Positions 32,213 to 41,743 of a stretch of DNA of 64,000 bases are shown one piece after another; the stretch's first letter is position 1, and every line of letters begins with the position of its first letter. The translations under genes were made by a program, and so were the position numbers. The notes under the pieces are model-generated. The model did not search any database, was not told the origin of the DNA, and worked only from the letters and a program-made list of their open reading frames with translations. Source of the stretch: an uncultured Gammaproteobacteria bacterium (GTDB lineage: Bacteria > Patescibacteriota > Microgenomatia > UBA12405); NCBI GenBank assembly GCA_964544275.1, contig CAZIZX010000003.1, positions 107,705 through 171,704 of the forward strand, in the 5' to 3' direction.

Positions 32213-33663
32213 GTGGCTTGTTTGGTGTCACCTCCTCCATTGACTGTCCTCAAATTCTCTTCTACGGTACCGATTACCAGTCCCATCTTGGTACCCAAAA
32301 AGCCGGTTTAGCTGTTCTAAATCATCGTATCTATCGGAGTATTCACAATATTTCTACTTCTCAATTCAAGTCCCGTTTTGGCGATGAAATTAAAAAAATG
32401 AAAGGTAGCATGGGCATTGGCGTTATCTCCGACAACGAACCTCAGCCCATAATTATTTCTTCCTCTTTTGGTACTTTTGCTCTGGTCACTTCCGGCCTGC
32501 TGGTCAACAAAAATCAATTGGTTCGGCAAATTATGAAACAGGGCGGCAGCTTTTCTGAATTAAGCGGCGGCCAAATTAACCCCACCGAAGTCGTTGGCAA
32601 AATAATCGCCCAAAAAGAAAACGTTGTCGAGGGCATTCGTCATTTATTTTCTCAGACAAAGGGCTCTCTTTGTCTTCTGGTTTTAACCAAAAAAGGCATT
32701 TACGCCGCCCGTGATCCCATGGGTCGAAGCACCCTGGTTGTCGGTCAAAAAGGCTCCAGTCTGGCCGTATCTTCGGAAACTTGTGCTTTCCCAAACCTGG
32801 GCTATCGCGTTCACTCTGAATTATCTCCCGGTCAAATTGTTCTTCTTGCCCCAAACGGTCTGCTCCAATCCCAATATCCCGGACATAAGTCCAAAAAAGT
32901 TTGTTCATTTCTTTGGATCTATACTGGTTATCCGGCCTCTTCTTACGAAGGTATATCCGTCGAAGCTGTTCGTGAGCGCTCCGGTATCAATTTGGCCAAA
33001 CACGATACCGTTTCAGCCGACTTCGTTACCGGCGTTCCCGATTCCGGTATTGCCCATGCTATCGGCTATACCATTCAGTCTGGTATCCCGTATCGCCGAG
33101 CTCTGGTCAAATACACTCCGGGTTATGGCCGCAGCTACACCCCGCCTTCGCAGAACACCCGCGACCAGGTCGCCCAGATGAAACTTATTCCGGTCCCCCA
33201 AATTATCAAAGGCCAAAAAATTGTTATTTGTGATGATTCCATTGTCCGTGGTACTCAACTCAAAAATCAGGCCATCAAAAAACTTTGGGATTGCGGTGCC
33301 AGGGAAATTCACGTTCGTATTGCCTGTCCTCCTCTCATGTTTCCCTGTCCCTACCTGCTTTCAACCCGAAAGATTTCGGAATTAGCCGCCCGCCGGGCCA
33401 TCGATAAAACTTTTAAAAATCCTCCCTCCAGTCTGGAACCCTTTTTAGACCCTTCATCATTATCGTATCGGAAAATGAATGAATATCTTCGTCAGGAATT
33501 AGGCGTTACTTCACTTGTCTATCAAAGCGTCCCCTCTATGGTCCAGGCCATTGGTTTACCCCAAACCCAGCTTTGTCTTCACTGCTGGCAGGGCCAGAAG
33601 AAAAAGGAACCGATTCTTGCGGAGATGCCCGGGAATGACCCAGGGTCCGAATATCGACTCTAA
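32209..33663 (+). CDS. purF: Amidophosphoribosyltransferase-family protein lacking the N-terminal Cys
   Basis: ARDPMG, GVPDSG, DDSIVRGT PRPP motif, Fe-S Cys (CSF, FPC, CLHC); begins MSG rather than MCG. Confidence 0.85.
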   Translation: MSGLFGVTSSIDCPQILFYGTDYQSHLGTQKAGLAVLNHRIYRSIHNISTSQFKSRFGDEIKKMKGSMGIGVISDNEPQPIIISSSFGTFALVTSGLLVNKNQLVRQIMKQGGSFSELSGGQINPTEVVGKIIAQKENVVEGIRHLFSQTKGSLCLLVLTKKGIYAARDPMGRSTLVVGQKGSSLAVSSETCAFPNLGYRVHSELSPGQIVLLAPNGLLQSQYPGHKSKKVCSFLWIYTGYPASSYEGISVEAVRERSGINLAKHDTVSADFVTGVPDSGIAHAIGYTIQSGIPYRRALVKYTPGYGRSYTPPSQNTRDQVAQMKLIPVPQIIKGQKIVICDDSIVRGTQLKNQAIKKLWDCGAREIHVRIACPPLMFPCPYLLSTRKISELAARRAIDKTFKNPPSSLEPFLDPSSLSYRKMNEYLRQELGVTSLVYQSVPSMVQAIGLPQTQLCLHCWQGQKKKEPILAEMPGNDPGSEYRL

Positions 33664-34049
33664 AAAACTTACTACAAGCTTAATTTACTTTATCCTTCAT
33701 TTCCAACAACTAAAGCAAATCAAAAGTATTGGAATGTCGATTGTCGGAGGCATTACCCTCCGCTTATTTACTTAAAAAATCGAGATTTTAAGTACAGCAT
33801 TCTGGTTTAATTGACACCGTCTTACACCTCTCCAGAATAGGGGAGCAAGCGATGGTCGATTCCCACTCAGGCAAAAGCCAGAACAGGAGCCCTGGTCGAA
33901 GAGAATAAATTAATATTCTCAGCCACCTTGGCTAGATCAACACCAAAAGATTTTTTGGCATTTTTATTTTGACATTTGTTTAACGACTCTAAAGTCAAAG
34001 TCGGCTTGCAGTTTTTCAAAGTACAACTCCGTCGATGCAATACATCTCC
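33620..34049 (-). ncRNA. ssrA: tmRNA
   Basis: 5' GGAGAUG...AUCGACGG pairs with 3' CAUCUCC; T-arm-like hairpin; AUAAAAAU-GCC resume context; tag ORF 33959-33867 ending LAFA-stop; close to smpB. Confidence 0.9.
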
Positions 34050-34133
34050 ATACCTTCATTATATCAAAATTATCCCAAAATTACCACTCTTTCATTCTAT
34101 TGATTCTCATCTAATTTAGCCCACAATTAATCA

Positions 34134-34769
34134 ATGTCACTCATCCTTGACTTGATCTTCCCCAAAAAGTGTTATATCTGCGGCCAATTCGGACACTACA
34201 TCTGCCCCGGATGTTACCCGTCTTTAAATCCCAACAGTATCATCGACACTCCCGATTCCGTCTTTGAGGGCCGCCTCTCCCTCTTTCCCTACAAGGATGC
34301 CGTTCAATCTATTATTCACGATCTGAAATATAACTATGTTACTGATTTATTGCCTGACTTGGCCTGTTTAATTAACTACCACCTCCACGCCTCCTTCCCT
34401 CATCTTCTCTCCTATTGGTCGGACCATAAATTCAAAATTGTCCCCATCCCTCTCCACCCTCGTCGCCAAAACTGGCGCGGATTTAATCAATCGGAAGCTC
34501 TTGCTCGGCAGTTATTATTATTTACCAAAATTCCCGTTCTAACCGATTTAATCCAAAAAAAGGACAATACCTCACCCCAGGCACAGCTCAATCGTTCTAC
34601 TCGTTCGACCAATCCTCACTCTTTCTCGTTAAGTCCAGGTAATTCAATCCGCCCCCAGAATATAATTCTTTTTGATGATGTTTACACTACCGGTAGTACC
34701 ATTAAATCGGCCGCTGCCTGTTTACATCCCCACGTATCAAATATCTGGGTCTTCACTCTGGCCGGTTAG
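34134..34769 (+). CDS. comF: ComF-family protein
   Basis: FPKKCYICG..C zinc ribbon, PIPLH, RGFNQS, DDVYTTGST. Confidence 0.9.
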   Translation: MSLILDLIFPKKCYICGQFGHYICPGCYPSLNPNSIIDTPDSVFEGRLSLFPYKDAVQSIIHDLKYNYVTDLLPDLACLINYHLHASFPHLLSYWSDHKFKIVPIPLHPRRQNWRGFNQSEALARQLLLFTKIPVLTDLIQKKDNTSPQAQLNRSTRSTNPHSFSLSPGNSIRPQNIILFDDVYTTGSTIKSAAACLHPHVSNIWVFTLAG

Positions 34770-35449
34770 TTATCTCGGCGCGTCATATTACCCGAAATTA
34801 GCCGATTATTTCGAATATCATCGGGCGTTTTGGATGTTTGTCCATTGTTGTCGCTGACACTGGCTTCTTCTTCAATCAAAATTCCCTCAATCGGCGTCAA
34901 AGAGCTCAGATAAAAATTATCTACCTGAAGACCGTGCCCTTCCAGCGATTCTTTCAACTCTGATCTTATCTCATCCTCAATCATACTCCTGTTGGTTGAT
35001 AACGCCTGAGACAATGAATGATTAGTCAATACTTTTCTGATTCTGCTTCGCGTCACTGGCCTGACCACTTTGGATACGAAATTCTCACCAATATTCTGCC
35101 AAATTTCGGGCAATCTTTCTGTATCTAATTTTATCAGCACGGTTGCTTCCACCGCCACAAACTTATTGTCGGCCGTAACCGCATTGATGATTTCATCTCC
35201 CATCATTTCTTTGTTCTCTTTTAGTACCACATCCTTGGCGACGGTATATTCAATCAGTTGGGCATTAAATAGTTTAACCCTATGGATCAATGGAATTTTA
35301 AAGTGCATTCCCGGGTGCCAGACATTTTTTAAAACTCCCCGGAAAACAGAATATATGCACCCCACATGTCCCGGCGGGACTGTAACAATAAACCCTCCGA
35401 CTACTTCATCTACAAAAAGGGATACTAATAAATTATCTATAGATGCCAT
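34766..35449 (-). CDS. SPFH/prohibitin-family protein
   Basis: VPPGHVG, PGMHFKIP, VVRPVTRSRIR. Confidence 0.8.
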   Translation of the reverse strand: MASIDNLLVSLFVDEVVGGFIVTVPPGHVGCIYSVFRGVLKNVWHPGMHFKIPLIHRVKLFNAQLIEYTVAKDVVLKENKEMMGDEIINAVTADNKFVAVEATVLIKLDTERLPEIWQNIGENFVSKVVRPVTRSRIRKVLTNHSLSQALSTNRSMIEDEIRSELKESLEGHGLQVDNFYLSSLTPIEGILIEEEASVSDNNGQTSKTPDDIRNNRLISGNMTRRDN

Positions 35450-36118
35450 TTAATTGTCACCAATTATAACATCAAACCCCGAAGCCAGTTCAGTCAGCTC
35501 TTTCTCCGGATTCTTTGCCTTTACCACATCTGAAGCTACCAGGATACCTTTAGCCCCACAGTCCAAAGATATTCTCACATCTTCTACCGAATGGATTCCC
35601 GCCCCCACCAGGACCGGAATTTTAGAATATTTTTTGACTATCTTCTTTATTACTTCCGCCTTTTCCGTCGCCACCGATTTGGTTTTGCTACCGATAAGCT
35701 CTCTGGGTTCATAAGCGATATAATCAGGCTTAATATTTTTTGCCCAGCCTTCACATTGTCCCAAAGTTTGCAGACACACCACTGATACAAAATTTTTCGG
35801 CCAGCTTTTCAGTATCGACCTTATTGTCCCCGGTGGCATTCTTCTTTCCGAGTGGTTCAACAAACTTCCCCACACTCCCAAGGCTTGAGCTTGAACTGTC
35901 GAAATTGATCCGGTAAAAGCCCCTTTTCTACTTCCTTCCACCGTTTGAATCAAAACTTCTGTTCCCGCTTCTTTTTTTATTCTGTCCGCATCAAAAGGTG
36001 TTACTACCGGTAATATCATGACCCCACTTTTTTCCGCCACCTTCCGACATATTTTAGCCAGTTTCATGGCTCCGTCACCAAAACTTTCCTCATATACCTT
36101 AAAATTTACTAGAATCAT
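35450..36118 (-). CDS. tpiA: Triosephosphate isomerase, short archaeal-type
   Basis: VNFK, LNHSER, AYEP, GAGI, GILVAS; 222 aa. Confidence 0.88.
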   Translation of the reverse strand: MILVNFKVYEESFGDGAMKLAKICRKVAEKSGVMILPVVTPFDADRIKKEAGTEVLIQTVEGSRKGAFTGSISTVQAQALGVWGSLLNHSERRMPPGTIRSILKSWPKNFVSVVCLQTLGQCEGWAKNIKPDYIAYEPRELIGSKTKSVATEKAEVIKKIVKKYSKIPVLVGAGIHSVEDVRISLDCGAKGILVASDVVKAKNPEKELTELASGFDVIIGDN

Positions 36119-37653
36119 TTCTTCTTTATTTGATATTTTAAGACTAGCTGATTAATTCCGCTTCTCAAATCGTCCACCACATTTTGCGGCAGTTGGTTAT
36201 TTTTGGTAATTTTGTTAATTGCATCTTTAAAATAGGCCATCATTTCTTCATTGACCCCGTCGCCCTCATGGGTTCGGGAGCAAAGGTACCAGGAAGTAGC
36301 GTCATTGGCTCCGGTTATAAATGGCTTTACCTTTGGGTTGGTGGCAATGCTATTTGCCATACTGATCCGGGGATAAATTTCTCCAAACGCTCTGATGTCG
36401 GAAGCTGCCTTATACATTTTTTCCAGAGTTTCTTTGCTGGCCAAAAACTCCATAAAATTCCAGGCTTCTTTCTGATATCGGCTGCGAGCGCTCACTCCTT
36501 CTACCCAATATGACGCCCAATGAATGTTTGTAATATTATCCGGAGAATCACTGCTTTCTATTTGGTCCATCAGAGCATCTTTCAGTGTTGGCAACTGGGG
36601 AACGGTCATTATTTCGTATTTTAAATTCGGATTTTTATCTCCAAAATTAAATACCCTCCATGACGGTCCAAAATAAAACGCCAATTTTCCGTTAGCAAAA
36701 AAATCTGTCGATGATGGCAAGGTCTCGTCCCACACCCGATGCTTAGTCTGAAATAATGTGTAATAAGTCAGCACGTCAGCCAATTTGTTGTTATTAATTT
36801 CATCATTTTTTGTCAAGTCCACCCCATTTTGTTTTGCCATCAATCCCACAATATCGCTCCAATGGTCCACATTTTCCGCCGACCCCATCGCTACCCCCGA
36901 CACTTTAATCTTTCCTTCTTCATCTCTTACCGTCAGTCTGTTAGCCGCCGCTTCCAGTCCCCACCAGGTTCGGGGTAATTTCACCTGTGCTGATTCAATC
37001 AGTTCCTTGTTGTAGAATAGGGACAAGCCATCATACATGATCGGAACCGCCTTATAACTGCCTCCCACCAGTAAGTCTTCTTTATAAACATCAAAAAAAT
37101 CAGTCTCCAGCTCTAATGCATTGGCCGTTGTTATCGGCACCGCTGCCAAATCTTCATTAAAACCGGGAACCCAGGTATTGTGAATTCTAAAAATATCCGG
37201 CACTTCCACCTCATCCGGGTCCCTCGTTAATCTGCTTTTTAATCTGCTTCTGTAATCTGTTTGTTCATGTTTTATATAAGCAATTTCTATGTTTGGGTGT
37301 ATGGCCGTATAGTCGTCGATAGCTCCCTGTATCACCGACTCTTCTTCCCACAAGCCCCAATAAACCAATCTGATCTTTTCCTCTTCTTCAGTCAGAAACA
37401 TTGGCAGCAGAAACTTATATCCAACAAAACCCAGCAAGACAACCAGTACTCCAATTCCGCCCCAAATTACTCCTTTACTCACTTTTTTCTTTTCTTCCGT
37501 CACCCCTTCAGATTCACTCGTTCCGCCATTACTCGGATTATCAATGTTTCCCACTCTTTCAGTCGGCGCTACCACCACTTCAGCCCTTGCTTCCTCAGGC
37601 GCCGGCGCAACTTCTCTCGAAGGTAACGGTGACTGGATTTCATCTTGGTTCAC
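36115..37653 (-). CDS. Membrane-anchored extracellular (sugar) solute-binding protein
   Basis: LVYWGLWE, PDIF, LFYNKEL, PRTW, FANGKLA. Confidence 0.85.
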   Translation of the reverse strand: MNQDEIQSPLPSREVAPAPEEARAEVVVAPTERVGNIDNPSNGGTSESEGVTEEKKKVSKGVIWGGIGVLVVLLGFVGYKFLLPMFLTEEEEKIRLVYWGLWEEESVIQGAIDDYTAIHPNIEIAYIKHEQTDYRSRLKSRLTRDPDEVEVPDIFRIHNTWVPGFNEDLAAVPITTANALELETDFFDVYKEDLLVGGSYKAVPIMYDGLSLFYNKELIESAQVKLPRTWWGLEAAANRLTVRDEEGKIKVSGVAMGSAENVDHWSDIVGLMAKQNGVDLTKNDEINNNKLADVLTYYTLFQTKHRVWDETLPSSTDFFANGKLAFYFGPSWRVFNFGDKNPNLKYEIMTVPQLPTLKDALMDQIESSDSPDNITNIHWASYWVEGVSARSRYQKEAWNFMEFLASKETLEKMYKAASDIRAFGEIYPRISMANSIATNPKVKPFITGANDATSWYLCSRTHEGDGVNEEMMAYFKDAINKITKNNQLPQNVVDDLRSGINQLVLKYQIKKK

Positions 37654-37717
37654 ACTAATATCATATCAAAATTAGTACCGATAGATTGTCTGTTATTAAT
37701 TTGTTAAACTAAAACTT

Positions 37718-38470
37718 ATGTCACCTCTGTTAATGTCCCTTGTTTCCGCACTAATCATCAGCTCTATCTCTCTTTTTACCCTGTTTTTATTTTTTACCAG
37801 AACCTCTCTAATCAAAAAAACTACTATTTACCTGGTTGCCTTCGCTGTCGGCAGTCTGTTGGGGGATGCTCTGATTCATCTTTTACCTGAATCTTTTGAA
37901 CAAATCGAACCAGCCCTTTTGGTTTCTTTGCTCACTATTGCGGGCATGCTTATCTTTTTTATCATCGAAAAATTCCTCCGCTGGCGTCACTGTCATGATC
38001 CTGACTGCCAGGAAGACCAGCACGGCCCCATTATTGCTCTAAATTTAATTGGGGATTCCGTTCACAATTTAATCGATGGCATGCTTATTGCCGCTAGCTT
38101 TTTGGTTAGTCCGGCCCTGGGTATCAGCACCTCGCTGGCGGTTGCCTTTCACGAACTTCCGCAGGAAATAGGGGATTTCAGCATCCTCATCCATAGTGGT
38201 TTAAGTCTGAAGAAAACCGTCAAGTTCAATTTTGCTTCCGCCCTTTTCAGTCTTTTAGGGGTACTTTTTACCTTTCTTCTGGGCACCAAAATCAACAATT
38301 TTTCTCTTTATCTTCTTCCGGTCACCGCCGGTGGTTTTATCTATCTGGCCGCTTCAGACCTGATTCCCGAACTCCATCGTCAGTCCAACCGCACCCGTTC
38401 GTCCGTTTTTCAGCTCTTACTCTTGAGTTTGGGTGTTGGTTTTATGGTCTTACTCTCATTCTTGGAGTAA
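37718..38470 (+). CDS. ZIP-family metal transporter
   Basis: HLLPE, HCH loop, HNLIDG, HELPQEIGDF. Confidence 0.93.
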   Translation: MSPLLMSLVSALIISSISLFTLFLFFTRTSLIKKTTIYLVAFAVGSLLGDALIHLLPESFEQIEPALLVSLLTIAGMLIFFIIEKFLRWRHCHDPDCQEDQHGPIIALNLIGDSVHNLIDGMLIAASFLVSPALGISTSLAVAFHELPQEIGDFSILIHSGLSLKKTVKFNFASALFSLLGVLFTFLLGTKINNFSLYLLPVTAGGFIYLAASDLIPELHRQSNRTRSSVFQLLLLSLGVGFMVLLSFLE

Positions 38471-38511
38471 TCTTTTATTCAAAAACACCCATTATTCAGT
38501 TATCATTAAGT

Positions 38512-38928
38512 ATGAATCTGAACGTCTACACCGATGGTGGTTCCCGGGGTAATCCCGGTATTTCCGGCTATGGTATGGCCATTTATGACCAATCCGGCCA
38601 ACTTGTTTATCAGGCGGCAAAATTTTTGGGAATCAAAACCAATAACGAAGCCGAATATTTAGGATTGATCGCCGCCCTAAATTGGGTCAGGGATAATCAG
38701 GACAAACTAAATCCCACCTTAGTCAATTTTTATTCAGATTCTCAACTCCTGATTCGTCAGGTCCAAGGTTTATACAAAGTAAAATCTTCCAATCTTATTC
38801 ATCTTCACCAGACCGTCAGGGATTTGATTAACCAAGTTGATGCCAAATGTCACTTTAATAATATCCGAAGAGAGTCCAACAAAATTGCCGACAATTTAGC
38901 CAATCAGGCCATGGATCAACGATTATGA
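38512..38928 (+). CDS. rnhA: Ribonuclease HI family protein
   Basis: TDGGSRGNPG, TNNEAEY, SDSQL, NKIADNLANQA. Confidence 0.88.
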   Translation: MNLNVYTDGGSRGNPGISGYGMAIYDQSGQLVYQAAKFLGIKTNNEAEYLGLIAALNWVRDNQDKLNPTLVNFYSDSQLLIRQVQGLYKVKSSNLIHLHQTVRDLINQVDAKCHFNNIRRESNKIADNLANQAMDQRL

Positions 38929-40658
38929 AACCAATCAAAAAACCACTCTTTATCGCCAGCATAGTTCTGGTTGTTCTCCTGCCGCTAGTTCTGCTTTTGT
39001 CCACTATTGTCTACAGTGCCGACAAAACCCTTCCCAACACTTACGTTCTTGACCGGAATTACTCTAACCTTACTCACCAGCAGATAATTGACCGACTGGA
39101 TATCGATTTTCCTCTCCCTCCAAAAATAAGTCTCTCTTTCGAAAACCAGGAGTTTTCAATTAATCTTTCATCAATTTCTGCCTCTATCGACAAGCAGGTT
39201 CTGGCCGACAATCTTTTGCGCCGTAATTTAAATTACGGCCTGGAACCCGTTATCAAAAGCTTTTTTAGTAACTACTCTTTCCCTGTCGTTTTTATTTTTG
39301 ATCCGGATTTAATGGAAAACGAAATCAGCAGTATTTCAGCCCAAATCGATAAACCCTTTGTACCCACCGAATTACATATTGATCCAAAGTCCAAAACTAT
39401 TACTGCCAAAATAGGCGAACTCGGTCGCCGGGTGGACACTGACGCCCTCCTTCTTTCTTTTGAGAACCACCTGATTAACTGGCAGCACCAAAACTCCATC
39501 GACATCCCGGTCGCTATCATCGGGTCGACTCCTACTCCGGATCAAATTGACAGCACCAAAGCCAAAGCTGCCAATCTTCTCAACAAATCACTCTCTCTCC
39601 GGGCTCCAACCCCGGAGTTGCCCGATATTGTCATTGACGATCTTACCCTGATTTCCTGGCTCAATTTTGAGGGTAATTACCACCAGGACAAAGTTAACGA
39701 TTATGTCGACAATATTTCTCAAAGCCTCCAAAAAGATCCTGTCGATGCCATCTTTAAGTTTGAAGAAGGTCGGGTCACTGAATTCCGCCCCGCTGCCGAT
39801 GGCCATTCAGTCAAAAAAGAAGAGTTGCCAGCCCTAATCATCAATAATCTGAACGCTCTTTTGTCTTCCCCGGACAGTTCGCTTACTCTTGATATTCCTA
39901 CCCAAACCACCCCTCCTTCTATAAATACTCAAGATGCTAATAATCTGGGTATCAAAGAACTATTGGGCAGGGGAGTCTCGACTTTCAAGCACTCCAGCAC
40001 CGTCAGAAATTTCAACATCGAAAAAGGCGCCTCTATTGTCAATCGTGTTCTCGTGCCGCCGGGAGAAACTTTTTCCTTTCTCAAGCATCTGGGCGAAGTT
40101 ACCCGTGAAGCCGGTTACAAGGAAGCCTATATTATCCGTCAGGGCAGGACTGAATTGGATGTCGGCGGCGGTATTTGCCAGGTTTCTACCACCCTTTTTC
40201 GGGCTATGCTCAATGCCGGGGTCAACATTACCCAGCGCCGCCCTCACGCCTTTCGGGTTAGTTACTACGAAGAAGATTCTCCCCCCGGGTATGATGCCAC
40301 CGTTTTTATTCCCAGCCCGGATCTCGCCTTTGTCAATGATACCAACCATCATCTTTTGGTCCAAAACACTTACGACTCAGTCAATAAACGTCTAACCTAC
40401 GAAATTTATGGCACCTCAGATGGTCGTCAGGTAGAAATCAACAACTATCGTAAATGGGGTCATGCTCCGCCCCCTCCCACCCGTTACATTGACGATCCTA
40501 CCTTGGAACCGGGCAAGCTCATCCAGGAGGAAACAGCCGTTCCCGGGCTCAATGTCGCTTTCGATTGGAAAGTCACCCGCGGCCAGGAAGTCTTGCACCA
40601 GAAAACTTTCCAAAGCAACTATGTCCCTTGGGCTGCCGTCTACCGTCGTGGAATTTAG
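38925..40658 (+). CDS. VanW-family protein with peptidoglycan-binding region
   Basis: PGETFSF, GGGICQVSTTLF, DATV, DLAFVNDT. Confidence 0.9.
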   Translation: MKPIKKPLFIASIVLVVLLPLVLLLSTIVYSADKTLPNTYVLDRNYSNLTHQQIIDRLDIDFPLPPKISLSFENQEFSINLSSISASIDKQVLADNLLRRNLNYGLEPVIKSFFSNYSFPVVFIFDPDLMENEISSISAQIDKPFVPTELHIDPKSKTITAKIGELGRRVDTDALLLSFENHLINWQHQNSIDIPVAIIGSTPTPDQIDSTKAKAANLLNKSLSLRAPTPELPDIVIDDLTLISWLNFEGNYHQDKVNDYVDNISQSLQKDPVDAIFKFEEGRVTEFRPAADGHSVKKEELPALIINNLNALLSSPDSSLTLDIPTQTTPPSINTQDANNLGIKELLGRGVSTFKHSSTVRNFNIEKGASIVNRVLVPPGETFSFLKHLGEVTREAGYKEAYIIRQGRTELDVGGGICQVSTTLFRAMLNAGVNITQRRPHAFRVSYYEEDSPPGYDATVFIPSPDLAFVNDTNHHLLVQNTYDSVNKRLTYEIYGTSDGRQVEINNYRKWGHAPPPPTRYIDDPTLEPGKLIQEETAVPGLNVAFDWKVTRGQEVLHQKTFQSNYVPWAAVYRRGI

Positions 40659-40659
40659 T

Positions 40660-41724
40660 CTACAACTCCGCCCGGGCATCTCTGTCCAAAGCCTTAATAT
40701 CAGCCACAAATTCACCCCGCAAGGCCTTGAAATATCCAGCCACCCCGATCATAGCCGCATTATCCGTGTTTAATTCTTTTTTTGGTGGCATATAGATTGT
40801 CAAATTCTTTAATCTGGCCAATCCTCTCAGCCTTTTTCTTAAATTCTCGTTTGCCAACACTCCACCCGAAGCCAATAAGGTTTTTGGTTCACAAAAATCA
40901 ATCGCCCTATCAAATTTCATTAATAATGTATCAAACACCGCCTTTTGAAAAGAAGCTGATAAATTGGCCAGATTATCACTGATTTTTTCTTTTGGCCAAT
41001 CTCTGATTTGATAATAAAACGCCGTTTTTAGCCCCGAAAAACTATAATCAAAATTTTTCTGCCTCGCCAAAGGTCGGGGGAGTTCCATCCAGTTTTCGTC
41101 TCCACCCTCAGCTAGTCGCTCAATTACCGCTCCGCCCGGGTACCCTAACCCCATTAGTTTAGCCGCCTTATCCAATGCCTCTCCCGCCGCATCGTCCAGC
41201 GTTTCTCCTACTACCTCATATTTACCCACTTCTTTTATCAATACTATCTTTGAATGTCCGCCTGATGCAGTTAGACTCAAAGCTGGAAACCGAATTTGTC
41301 TCACCGGTTTCTCCTGACTATTTTTTACCCAATTAGATAATAAATGCCCTTCGATATGGTTAACTGCCACTAACCTTTTTTTATATTTTAATGCTAGTTC
41401 CTTAGCTTTTTCTATTCCCACTCCCAGAGCTATCGCTAATCCCGGTCCATAAGTTACTGCCACCACCTCTACTTGTTTCATACCCTCGTCGATATAACTT
41501 CTCGCGTCAGTTTGTTTTTTTATTTTAAACGCCCGCCTTAAACTTTCCGCCACTACCATATCTATCATTTCACCATGGGCCCTTTTGGCAATATCGGGTA
41601 CCACTCCTCCCCATTGAGCGTGTAAGTTCACCTGCGAAGATATTATGTTTGACAGCACCCTTTGCCCATCCAACACCGCGCCACAGGTATCATCACAACT
41701 GGTTTCAATCGCCAAAATTTTCAT
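40660..41724 (-). CDS. tsaD: t6A37 threonylcarbamoyltransferase TsaD
   Basis: IETSCDDT, HIEGH, SGGHS, DDAAGEALDK, FSGLKT, DNAAMI. Confidence 0.96.
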   Translation of the reverse strand: MKILAIETSCDDTCGAVLDGQRVLSNIISSQVNLHAQWGGVVPDIAKRAHGEMIDMVVAESLRRAFKIKKQTDARSYIDEGMKQVEVVAVTYGPGLAIALGVGIEKAKELALKYKKRLVAVNHIEGHLLSNWVKNSQEKPVRQIRFPALSLTASGGHSKIVLIKEVGKYEVVGETLDDAAGEALDKAAKLMGLGYPGGAVIERLAEGGDENWMELPRPLARQKNFDYSFSGLKTAFYYQIRDWPKEKISDNLANLSASFQKAVFDTLLMKFDRAIDFCEPKTLLASGGVLANENLRKRLRGLARLKNLTIYMPPKKELNTDNAAMIGVAGYFKALRGEFVADIKALDRDARAEL

Positions 41725-41743
41725 AATAATGTATTATAAATTT

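Noticed and set aside
33515-33775. 86 aa plus-strand ORF
   Set aside because: Out-of-frame overlap with purF and antisense to tmRNA
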